A stretch of DNA of 64,000 nt, from the NCBI GenBank assembly GCA_963716415.1, contig OY970311.1, positions 1,054,931 through 1,118,930 on the forward strand, read 5' to 3'. Numbering within the stretch: position 1 is the first letter of the stretch; each line of letters begins with the position of its first letter. Positions 63,501 to 64,000 of the stretch are shown piece after piece. A program made the translations under genes and the position numbers. Source of the stretch: Vulcanimicrobiota bacterium (GTDB lineage Bacteria; Vulcanimicrobiota; Vulcanimicrobiia; Vulcanimicrobiales; Vulcanimicrobiaceae). The notes under the pieces were generated by a model. That model was not told the DNA's origin. It made no database searches and saw only the letters and a program-made list of their open reading frames with translations.

Positions 63501-64000
63501 CGGTGGTGATAATACCGCTCTGCGTAACGTAGACGGCACTTGCAACGCCGCCATTACCACCGCTACCGCCGACGCTTACCGAACCGACCGGACCGCTGCT
63601 GAGCGTGCCCGCAACGCTAAAGCCACCGTTGCCGCCGCCGCCGCCAATGGATTGGGCGAGAATTGCATCCGAGAGATCGCCCATCGTGCTCAGTTTGCCG
63701 GTGCTCGTGAGCGTGACGAGGTCGCCCGTTCCACCCGAGCCCGCGCCGCCGCCGATGCCCACTGCGGCAGCAAACGACACGCCGATCGTACCGGCAACAC
63801 TAAAGCCACCGTTGCCGCCGCCGCCGCCCACCGATTGCGCGATTAACGCATCGGCATTGACACCCGTTGTCGTAACGTTGCCGCTATTGATCAGCCATGC
63901 CGCTCCAGCGTTTTGACCAGCGCCGCCACCGCCGCCGAGTGCAAGACCGCCCGAGATCGAACCAAGCGATCCCGCCACAGCATCTCCGCCGTTGCCACCG
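57553..64000 (-). CDS. giant type Va autotransporter (C-terminal beta-barrel plus Gly-rich repeat passenger); N-terminus outside the window
   Basis: The C-terminal 280 or so aa have alternating beta-strand character and end in 'GEF'. The passenger carries at least 23 copies of 'A(Q/E)S(I/V)GGGGGNGGF'. Confidence 0.85.
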   Translation of the reverse strand, partial: GGNGGDAVAGSLGSISGGLALGGGGGAGQNAGAAWLINSGNVTTTGVNADALIAQSVGGGGGNGGFSVAGTIGVSFAAAVGIGGGAGSGGTGDLVTLTSTGKLSTMGDLSDAILAQSIGGGGGNGGFSVAGTLSSGPVGSVSVGGSGGNGGVASAVYVTQSGIITTGGNESSGIAAESIGGGGGNGGFSVGGAISSGAPGLAFSLGGSGGTGAEANNVVVAENSGSITTQGANANDILAESIGGGGGNGGFSVAGGITSGGTVSVGVGGDGGNGGNGASVSVTTGATTLQTGGEESDAILAQSIGGGGGNGGFAVAGSLSSSSKVAVNVAVGGDGGSGAGANTVTVSSQSTVVTYGDESTGIAAQSIGGGGGNGGFSVSGSLAAGGPNTSIAVAVGGQGGAGGNGYGVSVTSTGQQILTSGFESYGILAQSIGGGGGNGGFVVSGQVATTPSTGYSSGTNVTVGGQGGGGGNSDVVMVTNGANIITKGVDADGVLAQSIGGGGGNGGWSVTATYARGTTNSVALGGKGGSGGSAGNVTLSDTANIQTFGENASAIEAQSIGGGGGNGGFVVNASAAVAPPGQVQNNASVTAAFGGSGGTGSGAGTVGVTAGSATATTSVGLITNSDNANGILAQSIGGGGGNGGFAVTFQAQAGTSPPANDPTWSATLAFGGNAGSGGSGNTVSVSNFDSIRTNGTDSAAIDAQSIGGGGGNGGFAVNASLNTTGNTIAVAFGGNGGAGNTGNTVTVNSGTSGGSTMIETLGDSSQGILAQSIGGGGGNGGFSVAAAAGTTNSLFSGSPNAGLALGSAGGGGADANTVTVTNYSAISTSGGESAGIEAQSIGGGGGSAGFKVNAKVTPSGGGGGFKYGSGGDASNGGTVNLTNNGTIETQGDQSDGILAQSVGGGGGFGGASETTTFGQPIANAIKGLDLDMGSTAGGGNGAMVSVTNTGSIMTSGAQSAAIEAQSVGGGGGEGGMAVGGSISISQDPVAFPGMQFGSSGGAGGSGGAVSVTNTAAMLETTGVESDGILAQSVGGGGGNGGLAVSGSVTQSITGGVAMGGYGGSGGSGNNVSVQSTNTNGAIVTQGDLSIGIMAESIGNGGGSGGDAVRGQATSSLGINVALGASGGSGGSGGQISLTDNGQIQTQGNVADGILAQSIGGGGGNAGYAVSGTLSPAVSGTGAYGMSGGLGGSGGTVGVTQTGSMFTDGIESNAIVAESIGGGGGNGGFTVAGAAGFGGLGLAFGASGGAGGSSGAVTVTTSAAIIETNGALANGIIAQSIGGGGGNAGANYSGVAGYVPVGIFLGASGGSGGNGNTVNVTNSGGIATEGQLANGIVAQSIGGGGGYFTDTQTVRSMLGASNNASGGANTVNVTNNAGATIETTGDSSFGIFAQSIGGGGGAIAAPTTATLKSGSGSGSAVTIVNNGSIETTGVASDGIFAQSVGGGGGYAGAAGTFFAGSGGGTGSASLVSVMFGQGAQDITTGANAVGIYAQSASGSGSVGGRVTVNVGGLVDALNASAIVESSTGRSGGGALNMVVRPTGSVISGAAGPSTNPSTAPSAAAINFVAGMNATLTNNGLVEDTNGYAVVSNTASTTITNNGSMAGSVWLAPGGTNTFTNNGTFEAGPVVNLGGTNNTLTNNGTLAIGFLNNGGETTINGNLTQGSSGTLLEAVNIGAPDPPELLVTGNAALQGTLAIASVGLGSAQPGTHTFTLIDADGTLSDSMTLSTAPSAIVHYTLDPGPNGTVMLQSHVDFDPAGLTPEGLEVGSYLNAVQTAGSSPSLQGMIAQAISSANTSQLERIYDEVTPESFGAVEAATLTNALSFSQQMTACRATEATFASTAGNRCVWGTIGNTSTSQMESGAILGYNESATGVNLGTESAISSDKRTLFGAGLNFTNDNLYVNSTTMTGWRYMAGAFLKREAGTGFVYSAQLTGGVSSYQSNRWITFPSQSISDADGATGYGTIATPDTQAFSTQHVSFLSGGLRSEKRLQLRGGWTLTPYLALNDTRMYMSPMSESGAGGLSITTQGTADSFVTLQPGLQFSGAMGSIGEQHLRLHVDLFATQFLGNNQTSVSAMLQGEPAALGMTEFNSSIDRTLWNIAPTLEVSGKHGLDFRLGGSYLFSSHLHSGTINFNVSQKVGKPPGEF
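59640..64000 (-). repeat. tandem coding repeats, about 160-190 nt period, sharing the core GCGCAATCGATCGGCGGCGGCGGCGG on the coding strand
   Basis: On the + strand the core 'ccgccgccgccgccgatcgattgcgc' recurs at about 59.81, 59.97, 60.15, 60.34, 60.52 kb and onwards to the window end. Confidence 0.8.

Noticed and set aside
58814-63916. Multiple plus-strand ORFs (for example 58814..59530, 59531..60112, 61544..62257, 61888..63417, 62828..63532) with proline-rich 'PPLPPPPPIDCA' repeats or Arg-rich sequence
   Set aside because: They are exact antisense shadows of the Gly-rich autotransporter repeats (GGC/GGG codons read as GCC/CCC). The minus-strand gene has clear domain logic; these ORFs have none.
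59640-64000. Regularly spaced repeats that might be taken for a CRISPR array
   Set aside because: The period is about 160-190 nt, the 'spacers' are themselves homologous, and the whole region is one continuous ORF encoding a repeat protein. No cas genes are present.
1-64000. rRNA, tRNA, riboswitch or transposase content
   Set aside because: None recognised in any intergenic region on visual inspection. A covariance-model scan would be needed to exclude small ncRNAs.

Overview
GC-rich bacterial chromosomal segment. My spot counts of single 60-nt lines give about 65-70% G+C. It is gene-dense on both strands, and many genes are linked by ATGA/GTGA stop-start overlaps. I saw no rRNA, tRNA, CRISPR array, transposase or integrase, but I checked intergenic regions by eye only. 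A type Va autotransporter implies the organism has an outer membrane. Content in order: (1) an envelope and c-di-GMP block: HK fragment, REC-GGDEF regulator, EnvC-like M23 peptidase, two S41 Ctp proteases. (2) RNase E/G with a long charged tail, then a tandem-PilZ protein. (3) An S53 sedolisin plus a Thr-rich lipoprotein. (4) rodA-minE-minD-minD-minC, with minD duplicated. (5) M48 peptidase, a DUF697-like protein and a retropepsin-like protease. (6) A MoxR/DUF58/DUF4350/DUF4129/membrane cluster next to RDD and SpoIIM-like genes. (7) MOSC, a wHTH regulator with a membrane protein, and an orphan prepilin-type protein. (8) A PHA cluster: phaB x2, phaC, an XRE regulator and a phasin-like gene with a clear promoter/operator. 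(9) TauE, LDH-like, MmyB-like, HK/OmpR, REC-HD-GYP and PadR/HAAS genes. (10) An HTH-MNT/HepT toxin-antitoxin pair, and MacAB-type efflux genes interrupted by a Uma2 gene. The stand-out region is a lower-GC block of about 7.2 kb (49.45-56.61 kb; spot counts about 52-53% G+C) wedged against the 3' end of recR. It carries only nucleic-acid-targeting genes: an AIPR-like Abi candidate, a Cas4-like/TM0106 RecB-family nuclease, an XRE controller-like HTH, a PD-(D/E)xK restriction endonuclease candidate, an HhH-GPD (Mig-like) glycosylase with no start codon of its own, a C5-cytosine methyltransferase split at a TGATG junction, and a frameshifted HNH nuclease. The window ends inside a giant autotransporter with at least 23 'AQSIGGGGGNGGF' repeats. 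At least five genes carry apparent 1-nt frameshifts, some clearly at homopolymers, so consensus errors must be excluded before reading biology into the split genes.
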